The notes beneath the pieces are model-generated. The model made no database searches and was not told the origin of the DNA. It saw nothing but the letters and a program-made list of their open reading frames with translations. This document shows positions 1 to 7,450 of a DNA stretch of 64,000 bases, piece by piece. The translations under genes were made by a program, and so were the position numbers. This stretch comes from an uncultured archaeon (GTDB taxonomy: Archaea > Aenigmatarchaeota > Aenigmatarchaeia > Aenigmatarchaeales > JAHLMS01). The DNA lies in contig CAYGWB010000002.1 of assembly GCA_964353775.1 (NCBI GenBank), positions 5,185 to 69,184 on the forward strand, written 5' to 3'. Numbering within the stretch: position 1 is the stretch's first letter; the number at the start of each line of letters is the position of its first letter.

Positions 1-669
1 AAGATGGGCTCGGTAGCCGGCAAGGTGGTTGTCAGGGACAAAGGCGACCTTGTTGACTGGTCAAAGCTCGGCTCGGGCGGCTGGGCCATCCCGTCGAACG
101 TTGAAGATATAGATTTCGTCAAGGTCAACGCGAAGTTCGTCATATACATGGAGAAGGCGGCCGAGTGGGAAAGGCTGCACGAAGACAAGGTATGGGAAAA
201 ACTGAACTGCATAATCATGTGCAGCCAGGGACAAGCCACGAGAGGCGTGCGCCGACTGCTCCAAAGACTGCATGTGGATCACAAGCTACCGATATACGTT
301 CTCGTGGACGGCGATCCTTGGGGAGCATACATCTATTCCGTTCTAAAGTACGGCTCGATATCGCTGGCACACATCAGCGAGAGCCTGGCCATCCCGGGCG
401 CAAGGTTCCTCGGGTTGTCCGCGGACGATGTCGAGAAGTACGGGCTACAGAGGCACATCATAAAGTTCGAGGACGTCGACAAGGCGAGGCTCCAACAGAT
501 TTCTAATTATGAATGGTTCAAGAACAACAAGAGCTGGCAGCGCCAGTTCGAGATGTGGAAGAAGCTCGGCGGAAAGATCGAGTTGGCCGCGCTGTCATCA
601 AAGGGAATAAGCTTCATCTCCGAGAAGTACATACCTGACAAGATCAAGAACAAGGAATTCATCGAGTGA
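1..669 (+). CDS. top6A: DNA topoisomerase VI subunit A, C-terminal part (gene starts before the window)
   Basis: TOPRIM motifs 'YMEKAA', 'SQGQATRGVRRLL', 'LVDGDPWG', 'KYGSISLAH', 'KIELAAL'. Confidence 0.95.
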   Translation, partial: KMGSVAGKVVVRDKGDLVDWSKLGSGGWAIPSNVEDIDFVKVNAKFVIYMEKAAEWERLHEDKVWEKLNCIIMCSQGQATRGVRRLLQRLHVDHKLPIYVLVDGDPWGAYIYSVLKYGSISLAHISESLAIPGARFLGLSADDVEKYGLQRHIIKFEDVDKARLQQISNYEWFKNNKSWQRQFEMWKKLGGKIELAALSSKGISFISEKYIPDKIKNKEFIE

Positions 670-673
670 GTCT

Positions 674-1234
674 GTGAAACCTGAAGACATAATCAAGTTT
701 GCAAAGATTGCCGGCAAGCTCAAACGCACACCGCGAACAGGCTGGAAGATGCGTGGTGTAAAGAAGTACGAGAGCGTTGCGGAGCATTCTTTTAGGACAG
801 CTGTTCTAGCAATGCTTCTTTCAGACCTTAAAGGCAAGAACGACAGGCTGATTCGTATGGCACTGCTCCACGACATTGAGGAGGCAGTGACCGGAGACAT
901 CATTACCATGGAAAAGATGAAAGACATAAAGAAGGCGGAGAAGAATGCAAGAGATGGTGTCGAAAAGGTGCTATCTGTTCTGCCAAAAGACCTAAAGGAA
1001 AAATATCTCAAGTTATGGAACGAAAGCGAGCAGCTGAAAACGAAAGACGCGAAGCTTCTGAAGCAGATAGACTACTTAGAGCAGATGATGCAGGCGCTGG
1101 AATACGAACATGAACTGGGAGTCAATCTGGAAGAGTTCTGGGTGTTCATGGAGAAGGGGTTCAAGTTCACGGACCCTCTTATCAAGAATATTTTCGAGCA
1201 GCTTAAAGCCCAGAGACCTAAAGCATTTAAATAA
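674..1234 (+). CDS. HD-domain hydrolase (YfbR/HDDC2 5'-deoxynucleotidase-like)
   Basis: 'PRTGW...ESVAEHSFR...ALLHDIEEAVTGDI...QID' signature. Confidence 0.9.
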   Translation: MKPEDIIKFAKIAGKLKRTPRTGWKMRGVKKYESVAEHSFRTAVLAMLLSDLKGKNDRLIRMALLHDIEEAVTGDIITMEKMKDIKKAEKNARDGVEKVLSVLPKDLKEKYLKLWNESEQLKTKDAKLLKQIDYLEQMMQALEYEHELGVNLEEFWVFMEKGFKFTDPLIKNIFEQLKAQRPKAFK

Positions 1235-1258
1235 AGTACGAAGACTAACATTCTGTAC

Positions 1259-1335
1259 GGAGAGGTAGCTCAGCCTGGGAGAGCGCACGGCTGAAGACCG
1301 TGATGTCGCGTGTTCAAACCACGCCCTCTCCACCA
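1259..1335 (+). tRNA. tRNA-Phe(GAA), CCA encoded
   Basis: Acceptor GGAGAGG/CCTCTCC, anticodon arm CACGG-CT-GAA-GA-CCGTG, T-loop TTCAAAC, ACCA end; TTTAAATA box upstream. Confidence 0.97.
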
Positions 1336-1369
1336 TCACCTTTTTCAGTTTAGCAAACCTATTTTATAG

Positions 1370-1924
1370 ATGCTCATCCGCCTCATCCCGGTAGGCGAGG
1401 TGACCGCCCAGGTAATTGAGGCCATTCTATCAGCCGTGCCTGAGGTCGTCGGCTCGAACATAAGACTGATGCCTGAGATGAGGCTACCGTCCGCGGCTTA
1501 CAATCAGTTCCGCAAACAGTACAGCGCGGACAAGGTGCTTTCGGCACTCAGCTCCACGTCGGCCGCCAAGTTCATAGATCACAGCATACCTTCGCTGTTC
1601 GTCACGGACGTCGACATCTACTACAGCGGCCTGAACTTCGTGTTCGGTCTGGAGGATCCGGCCGCGAGCGCTGCGATAATCTCGATTGCAAGACTGAAGC
1701 CTGAGTTCTATGACAAGCACCCGAATACTATCGTGCTGGTCGACAGGGCCGTAAAGGAAGCCATCCATGAGATCGGACACTATCTCGGCTTCGAGCATTG
1801 CCACCACAACTGGTGCGTCATGTCCTTCTCGCCTTCAGTGGACGATGTGGACAACAAGAAACGGGACTTCTGCAAGGACTGCTGCATAAAGGCGGCGATG
1901 AAGGGCGTGCACATTCCGGGTTAG
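1370..1924 (+). CDS. amzA: Archaemetzincin zinc metallopeptidase
   Basis: HEIGHYLGFEHC..CVMSFS..VD.K...FC..C motif. Confidence 0.93.
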   Translation: MLIRLIPVGEVTAQVIEAILSAVPEVVGSNIRLMPEMRLPSAAYNQFRKQYSADKVLSALSSTSAAKFIDHSIPSLFVTDVDIYYSGLNFVFGLEDPAASAAIISIARLKPEFYDKHPNTIVLVDRAVKEAIHEIGHYLGFEHCHHNWCVMSFSPSVDDVDNKKRDFCKDCCIKAAMKGVHIPG

Positions 1925-1961
1925 CAAAGCCTTAAATTGAGCGGCCGTATTTAATTGGTTC

Positions 1962-2480
1962 ATGGCATTTGCAGCAGAGCTTATCGAGAACAAGGTCGTC
2001 GTGACCGACCCGGAAGCGGTCGGCGAGCTTTACGAGTCCGTCTGGTATGGAAAGCAGACCGAGCAAGGAATCGAGCTCGAACTGGTCGAGGCCTGTCTGC
2101 TGGTGGAACGGACGCGAATAGAGATATCAAAGGGTGGAAAGAAGCTCGACTTCAAGGATTTCTATCACCTGTGCTGCGCTCTCGACGCCAGGTTCATCCC
2201 GCGATACGCCGTTTACCACGACCTGCGCGAGCGCGGGCTGCCTGTCCGCGTCGGGTTCAAGGGAACGGATTTCAAGGTCTACGAACGCGGCGCGAAACCG
2301 ACGACGGCCGCTGAAGCGAAATGGATAGTGTTCGCCGAGTCTGAGGACTATCCGTGCGAGTTCAACAAGCTCGGAAAAGCGATAAAACTGGCGCAGAACA
2401 TCCGTGCGCTCGCCCTTTGGGCTGTGATGGACAACGATCTGGACGTGACCTACTACATAATTTCGACTCCTAATGTGTGA
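1962..2480 (+). CDS. endA: tRNA-splicing endonuclease, probable structural subunit
   Basis: 'LELVEACLL', 'YAVYHDLRERGL', 'DFKVYERG', C-terminal 'DLDVTYY'; catalytic His and Lys positions not conserved. Confidence 0.85.
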   Translation: MAFAAELIENKVVVTDPEAVGELYESVWYGKQTEQGIELELVEACLLVERTRIEISKGGKKLDFKDFYHLCCALDARFIPRYAVYHDLRERGLPVRVGFKGTDFKVYERGAKPTTAAEAKWIVFAESEDYPCEFNKLGKAIKLAQNIRALALWAVMDNDLDVTYYIISTPNV

Positions 2481-2485
2481 TTGTT

Positions 2486-3025
2486 ATGGCGATTGAAGCG
2501 ATACTGGCAGAGGACCGCGTGATCATCTGGAGCAAGTCCGGCAGGGGGATTTTCGAGGAGGATTATTTTGGAAAACTGAAAGAGGACCGTCTTGACTTGT
2601 CACTTATAGAAGCTGCGTACCTTCTGGATACGGAAAAAATAAAAATTTTGGACGTGGAAGAGAAGGAAATTGACAAGAAGGCATTCATAAAATATTGCCA
2701 GAAGATCGACCCGCGGTTCGATTTCCGCTACAGCGTCTACAAGGACCTTCGTTCGAAGCAGTTTCCGACACGGACCGGTTTCAAGTTCGGTTGCGACTTC
2801 CGTGTCTATGCAAAGGGTGTGAAGCCGCTAAAGCGCGGACCGAAATCCGCGAAGGAGCACACGAAGTGGATCGTATACGCTGTGCCGGAGAAGTTCGTCT
2901 GCTCTTTTCAGGAGCTCTCGCGAGCTGTCCGGCTCGCCCATAACATCAGAGCGAACATGTTGTGGGCCGTTGTCGGAGAAGAGGGCGACATAAAGTATTT
3001 CCAAGTTACCTTTTTCAAGCCTTAA
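2486..3025 (+). CDS. endA: tRNA-splicing endonuclease, probable catalytic subunit
   Basis: 'LSLIEAAYL', 'VYKDLR', 'TGFKFGCDFRVY...KEH', 'RLAHNIR', 'GDIKYF..FKP'. Confidence 0.9.
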   Translation: MAIEAILAEDRVIIWSKSGRGIFEEDYFGKLKEDRLDLSLIEAAYLLDTEKIKILDVEEKEIDKKAFIKYCQKIDPRFDFRYSVYKDLRSKQFPTRTGFKFGCDFRVYAKGVKPLKRGPKSAKEHTKWIVYAVPEKFVCSFQELSRAVRLAHNIRANMLWAVVGEEGDIKYFQVTFFKP

Positions 3026-3088
3026 GAACGCGATTTTGACGCGACAAGCTTTATATTCTTATATTCCGTAATTAGAACGCGTGAGACC

Positions 3089-4243
3089 ATGATTGTAAGA
3101 GAGATAATGTCGTCCGATTTTGTCAAAATGGGGCCGGATGACACCGTACAAGAATTCATTTCTGCAATGGAACGATACCATATACACGCGGCGCCTGTGA
3201 TTGACGACCACGGAAAGCTTCTCGGAGACGTACAGTACAAGAAGCTGGCCGCAAAGGGCGTGCTCGATCCGTCAACCGCCAAGGTGCGGGCCATCATGGA
3301 TCCGATGCCGCCTACGCTAAAGCCCGACACGTCAGTCGAGGCTGCCGCTGACATGCTTTTCAAGACCGGAATGCGATCGCTGCCCGTAGTTGAGAACGGA
3401 AAAGTAACGGGAGTCATTTCCGTTTGGGACATCATGGAGTTCGCTGGCGGAACAAAATTGTTCAGACAGACGGCCGCCGATACCATAATGTCGAAGGCCG
3501 AAGTAATCAACCAGGACGATGACATCGGAAAGGCGCGCGTGATCATGCGCGAGAAAGGGCTCTCGCGTCTGCCTGTGGTCGACAACGATGGAAAGTTGGT
3601 CGGCATCATCGCGGTCTTCGACCTGCTGCGCTCGATCAAACCGCGCGAGAGGATGGGTTGGTTCTCAATGGCTTCGGAAGTGGATCGCATCATGGGCTGT
3701 CCAGTGAGAACTGTGATGAACAAGAATCCGACCACGATCGGACCGCGCACCAGCCTATCCGAGATTGCGACGCTCATGACCCAGAACAAGACATCAGGAA
3801 TAATAATTTCTGAAGGCACGACGCCGCTCGGCGTTGTGACGACGAAGGACATGCTGGAAGTGTTCGTTTCCTCGCTTTCCCAGAAGGGAGTCTACTATCA
3901 GATAATCGGTCTGGAAGAAGAGGACGAAATGACAACCAACACCGTGGATCGCATGATACGCGACACGTTGCAGAAGCTTTCATCCGTGGTTCCGCTCCAG
4001 TTCTTTTTCATACACGTCAAGAAGTACAGCCTTGAAGGGCTGCGAATAAAATATTCAGTACGGGCTAGGCTGCGCACCGACGCAGGAATGTTCATGGCAA
4101 GGACGGTCGCGTGGGACGCGCGCGATGCGGTCGGGCAGGCGCTCGACAATCTTGAGCGCATACTTCTGAAGAACAAGGATGAGAAAGTGACGAAGGCCAA
4201 GAAGAACGCGCGCAAGCTGAAGAATATGAAGCGGGGGCTTTGA
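3089..4243 (+). CDS. Four-CBS-domain protein with C-terminal HPF/RaiA-like domain (Hib-type ribosome hibernation factor candidate)
   Basis: Four CBS repeats (APVIDDHGKLLG, LPVVENGKVTGVI, LPVVDNDGKLVGII, PLGVVT) followed by a beta-alpha-beta-beta-beta-alpha segment ending 'WDARDAVGQALDNLERIL'. Confidence 0.75.
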   Translation: MIVREIMSSDFVKMGPDDTVQEFISAMERYHIHAAPVIDDHGKLLGDVQYKKLAAKGVLDPSTAKVRAIMDPMPPTLKPDTSVEAAADMLFKTGMRSLPVVENGKVTGVISVWDIMEFAGGTKLFRQTAADTIMSKAEVINQDDDIGKARVIMREKGLSRLPVVDNDGKLVGIIAVFDLLRSIKPRERMGWFSMASEVDRIMGCPVRTVMNKNPTTIGPRTSLSEIATLMTQNKTSGIIISEGTTPLGVVTTKDMLEVFVSSLSQKGVYYQIIGLEEEDEMTTNTVDRMIRDTLQKLSSVVPLQFFFIHVKKYSLEGLRIKYSVRARLRTDAGMFMARTVAWDARDAVGQALDNLERILLKNKDEKVTKAKKNARKLKNMKRGL

Positions 4244-4245
4244 AT

Positions 4246-4377
4246 ATGCAGACACAATGCGATCGTTGCGAGAAATATGTAAAAGAGGTAGGAAGACTGA
4301 CCAAGATAAGATGGAACGGCTTCAACCAAAAGCTATGCCGAGATTGCAAACGAAAGGTAAAGCTCGGCCTGCACTAA
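4246..4377 (+). CDS. 43-aa zinc-finger microprotein (CxxC-x22-CxxC), absent from the ORF track
   Basis: Manual translation MQTQCDRCEKYVKEVGRLTKIRWNGFNQKLCRDCKRKVKLGLH*; starts 2 nt after the upstream stop and exactly fills the gap. Confidence 0.7.
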   Translation: MQTQCDRCEKYVKEVGRLTKIRWNGFNQKLCRDCKRKVKLGLH

Positions 4378-5006
4378 CGCATCCAAATATTTTCCCAGCG
4401 AGTGATTTCTTCATCACTGATTTGTTTACCGCGTTTACGCTTGATGAAGAGCGGCTCTCCGAAACGTTTCATCAGGAACAGACCTGCGACTACTCCGGCC
4501 GCGAGGCCGGCGATGTGCGCGGCATTTGCGATGCCTGACGGCGCGAACATTCCGAGCATGTCTATCGCCACCCAGACCCCGGCCGCGACAATCATCGGCA
4601 TGGGAACGCTGACGACCCATACGGTCATCCTCGGTCTTAGGACTGCCAGAGCACCGAGCAGACCGAATATCGCGCCTGACGCACCGAGCGATGCCGGATA
4701 GAACATCGAGGCAACTATGCCGGCCAATATGCCGGATATGAAGAACAATATCAACCATCGCCGGCCGCCGATTATGTTTTCCAGTATGCTGCCGAACAGG
4801 GCGAGCGCGAACATGTTGTACAGCAGGTGGGAAGGCGAACCGTGCGCAAAAATCGCGGTCACCAACATCCATGGTCTGACAAGGATGTCGGCCGACGTCA
4901 GCGCGAGCGCATCCGTAAGACCAGGTATCGCAATCTGCAGAATGAAAACTATTACACAGAATGTCGTTAGGCGGACCGCCCAGAGGTCGAAGAGACCCAT
5001 AGCCAT
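4374..5006 (-). CDS. Rhomboid intramembrane serine protease
   Basis: 'HLLYNM', 'GASGAIFG', 'AHIAG' motifs and multiple TM segments. Confidence 0.95.
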   Translation of the reverse strand: MAMGLFDLWAVRLTTFCVIVFILQIAIPGLTDALALTSADILVRPWMLVTAIFAHGSPSHLLYNMFALALFGSILENIIGGRRWLILFFISGILAGIVASMFYPASLGASGAIFGLLGALAVLRPRMTVWVVSVPMPMIVAAGVWVAIDMLGMFAPSGIANAAHIAGLAAGVVAGLFLMKRFGEPLFIKRKRGKQISDEEITRWENIWMR

Positions 5007-6671
5007 CTACTTCAACTTAGTGCCTGCTTTGCTGAACTCTATTTCCTTCGCCAGAAGTTTTTTCAATACGTCCGTCAGTTTGTCGGTCGGGACGCGTATC
5101 TGCGCGGTCGTGTCGCGGTCCCTCATCGTAACGGTCCCGGCCTTCATCGTGTCGCCGTCGACCGTTATGCAGTACGGTATTCCGATTTCGTCTGCTCTCG
5201 CATATCTTCGGCCGATGCTGTCCGACGGATCTAGGAAGATATCGAACTGCTTGGTCAGCAAGGCGTGCAGCTCTTCCGCCTTCTCGTCCATGCCCTCTTT
5301 CTTGACGAGCGGGAAGATGGCCGCCTGATACGGCGCCAGATTCTGAGGCAGCGTAAGCCAGACACGCTTGCCATCATTATGATAGGCGTGCATGAGCAGC
5401 ATCAGGATTGTGCGATCAATTCCGAACGAAGGCTCGTACATGTTCGGGAGCACGTGCGCCTCGTTCTCGAAGACCGACAGCGACTGACCGGAGAACTTTG
5501 CGTGCCTGCTGAGGTCGTAGTCCGTACGCCAGGCGTTGTTCACGCATTCGATCCAACCGAAGTCCTCTGTGAAGACCTCGAAGTCCCAATGGACCTTCGA
5601 ATAGTGTGCACGCTCTTCCGGCAACAATTCCTTGAATCGCAGATATTTGCGGTCAAAGCCCAGTGCTTCGTAGAACTGCTGGACCTTCGCAAGATAATAA
5701 CCGATCAATTGGTTCGGAACGTAATTTTCCTTTATCGCGCTGTCGACCGTGATCTCCAACGCATCCTCATCGCCGTCCCTCAAAGCGGCCGGCAGTATCC
5801 TCAGCTTGAATTCCTTTATGTCTGGATATTTCTTCCAGTCCGTGTTAGCGGAGTTGAAGAACACTTGTAGTTCGGCCATCCAGAACTCGCGCATGCGTAT
5901 GAAAATCTGGCGCGGCGAAATCTCGTTGCGGAAGGACTTTCCTACCTGGGCTATCTTCAGCGGCAGCTTGCCCCGCTGGCTGCGGTAGACGAACGGGAAG
6001 TCCAGAACGGACGATTGCGTGGTCTCCGGTTTGAGATAGCACTTGGTCTCGCCGGTCGGACCGACCTTCAGGTCGAACATGAGGTTGAAAACGAATGATT
6101 TACTGAGTTTCTTTTTACACTTAGGACATAAAATTTTATATTTTTCTATAATTTCATCGAAGTCTTCTAGCGTCTTGCCTTCAGATATTGTTTTTAGTTG
6201 TTCCAGGTTTGTTAGTTGTTCCAGGCCCTTTGCCTTATTATTTATTTCATCGATGCGAGAATACATTTTGTTTTTTAATTTCTTGTCTTCTTCTGATAGA
6301 GATTGCGTAGCAAGTCCAGATTGTTCCCCTCTTAGCGATATGAGTTGTTCAATTGCCCATTCCTGAATTAGCTTGTCCACACGCCATCTGTGCTTCTCCT
6401 TGCCGACGCACAATACCTGCTTGTCGTTGAAGCCTTCCGTGTGACCGGACGCCTGCCAGACTATCTCCGGAAGTATGTCAGAAGTATCGATCTCGTGGGC
6501 GCCCTCTCCGCGCACCCACCACTTTCTCCACATGTCAACGAACTTGTTCTTCATCGACGTTCCCAACGGCCCGTAGTTCCAGAAGCCGGACACTGGATTA
6601 TATAGCTGCGCGGCTGGCCAGAAGAATCCCCTGCGCTTGGCCAACGCCTCTATCTCTTCGGCGACTTTCAT
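5007..6671 (-). CDS. glyS: Glycyl-tRNA synthetase (alpha2 type) with an insertion
   Basis: 'YGPLG', 'YLKPETTQ', 'FRNEISPR..RMREF', 'EPSFGIDR', 'SIGRRYARADEIG'. Confidence 0.97.
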   Translation of the reverse strand: MKVAEEIEALAKRRGFFWPAAQLYNPVSGFWNYGPLGTSMKNKFVDMWRKWWVRGEGAHEIDTSDILPEIVWQASGHTEGFNDKQVLCVGKEKHRWRVDKLIQEWAIEQLISLRGEQSGLATQSLSEEDKKLKNKMYSRIDEINNKAKGLEQLTNLEQLKTISEGKTLEDFDEIIEKYKILCPKCKKKLSKSFVFNLMFDLKVGPTGETKCYLKPETTQSSVLDFPFVYRSQRGKLPLKIAQVGKSFRNEISPRQIFIRMREFWMAELQVFFNSANTDWKKYPDIKEFKLRILPAALRDGDEDALEITVDSAIKENYVPNQLIGYYLAKVQQFYEALGFDRKYLRFKELLPEERAHYSKVHWDFEVFTEDFGWIECVNNAWRTDYDLSRHAKFSGQSLSVFENEAHVLPNMYEPSFGIDRTILMLLMHAYHNDGKRVWLTLPQNLAPYQAAIFPLVKKEGMDEKAEELHALLTKQFDIFLDPSDSIGRRYARADEIGIPYCITVDGDTMKAGTVTMRDRDTTAQIRVPTDKLTDVLKKLLAKEIEFSKAGTKLK

Positions 6672-6712
6672 GCTATCAGTATCGCATCATTGGTTTAAAA
6701 ATTCAGCGCCAG

Positions 6713-6745
6713 TGGGCAAATTTTTTGTCCATAAGATATATAAAC
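6713..6745 (+). promoter_or_regulatory. Imperfect inverted repeat TGGGCAAA-N3-TTTGTCCA followed by a TATA box (GATATATAAA)
   Basis: Seen directly in the glyS/wHTH divergent intergenic region. Confidence 0.5.
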
Positions 6746-6771
6746 TTCTGAGAAGCAATTATCTATTGTGA

Positions 6772-7152
6772 GTGAAATGGCAGGTGTGGTACTTTGGGCG
6801 AAGTGAACTGAAGACTTTGCTAGTGCACACTCTGTCAAAAAGGGAACAGGAAATTCTGCTGAAGGTCAACGAACTAGAAGGTAGAACATTCTCCGCAGCT
6901 GTGCGCGTGCTTGGAAAGAGCTATCCTGAAAGCACTGTCAAGAGCGTTCTGCGCAGGTTCATTGCGGTCGGCATTATGCACGGTGGCAATGGTACGTCGC
7001 TGGCCTGTACGGCCTTCGGGCAGGCAATAAACAACGTTCTGGGGTCGTCGTCTAATGGTAGGATGTTAGTCTCCAAAACTAAGGACGGGCGTTCGAATCG
7101 CTCCGACCCCACCATAAACATCAAAGGAGGTGAGAAAGATGGGATTCGATGA
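6772..7152 (+). CDS. Winged helix-turn-helix transcription regulator; ORF runs through tRNA-Trp
   Basis: 'LSKREQEILL...TFSAAVRVLG..PESTVKSVLRRF...GI...T..G' wHTH pattern; true start uncertain. Confidence 0.7.
   Translation: MKWQVWYFGRSELKTLLVHTLSKREQEILLKVNELEGRTFSAAVRVLGKSYPESTVKSVLRRFIAVGIMHGGNGTSLACTAFGQAINNVLGSSSNGRMLVSKTKDGRSNRSDPTINIKGGEKDGIR
6777..6806 (+). other. Leader uORF MAGVVLWAK* (may start at in-frame GTG 6768) with a CTT-TGG putative +1 frameshift site
   Basis: ATG GCA GGT GTG GTA CTT TGG GCG AAG TGA; the +1 frame at TTT 6793 is the wHTH frame. Confidence 0.6.
7041..7114 (+). tRNA. tRNA-Trp(CCA), intronless, CCA encoded
   Basis: Acceptor GGGGTCG/CGACCCC, anticodon arm TTAGT-CT-CCA-AA-ACTAA, TTCGAAT T-loop, ACCA end. 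Confidence 0.96.
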
Positions 7153-7450
7153 TTTTGAGATTGCAGACTTTTATACGTGTCCTTTGATAACAAAGAGGGG
7201 AAATTGTGACGTCGTATTAAAGAACTGTAATGTTGCAAGAAATAATACCGCTAAAAGAGATGATGGATTTCATTACGGAACTTGTGGTGTGTACATGTCT
7301 GAGGTGCAACGAATTTCGGCTTGTCCAGATAGAGAAATTGTTGTCGAAGACAAAAAGTGCAAAACATGCGGCTATGAAAATAAAGTTAAAACGGAGCATT
7401 GCAAAAAAAGCAGAAATGATTGCGACAGTTGCGGCATAAATACTAAATGA
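7139..7450 (+). CDS. Cys-rich hypothetical protein, possibly metal-binding
   Basis: Strong GGAGGTGA RBS before ATG 7139; 10 Cys including CKTC and CDSC; AT-rich. Confidence 0.65.
   Translation: MGFDDFEIADFYTCPLITKRGNCDVVLKNCNVARNNTAKRDDGFHYGTCGVYMSEVQRISACPDREIVVEDKKCKTCGYENKVKTEHCKKSRNDCDSCGINTK

Noticed and set aside
1076..1339. 87-aa ORF 'MVERAWFEHATSRSS...'
   Set aside because: Antisense translation of tRNA-Phe
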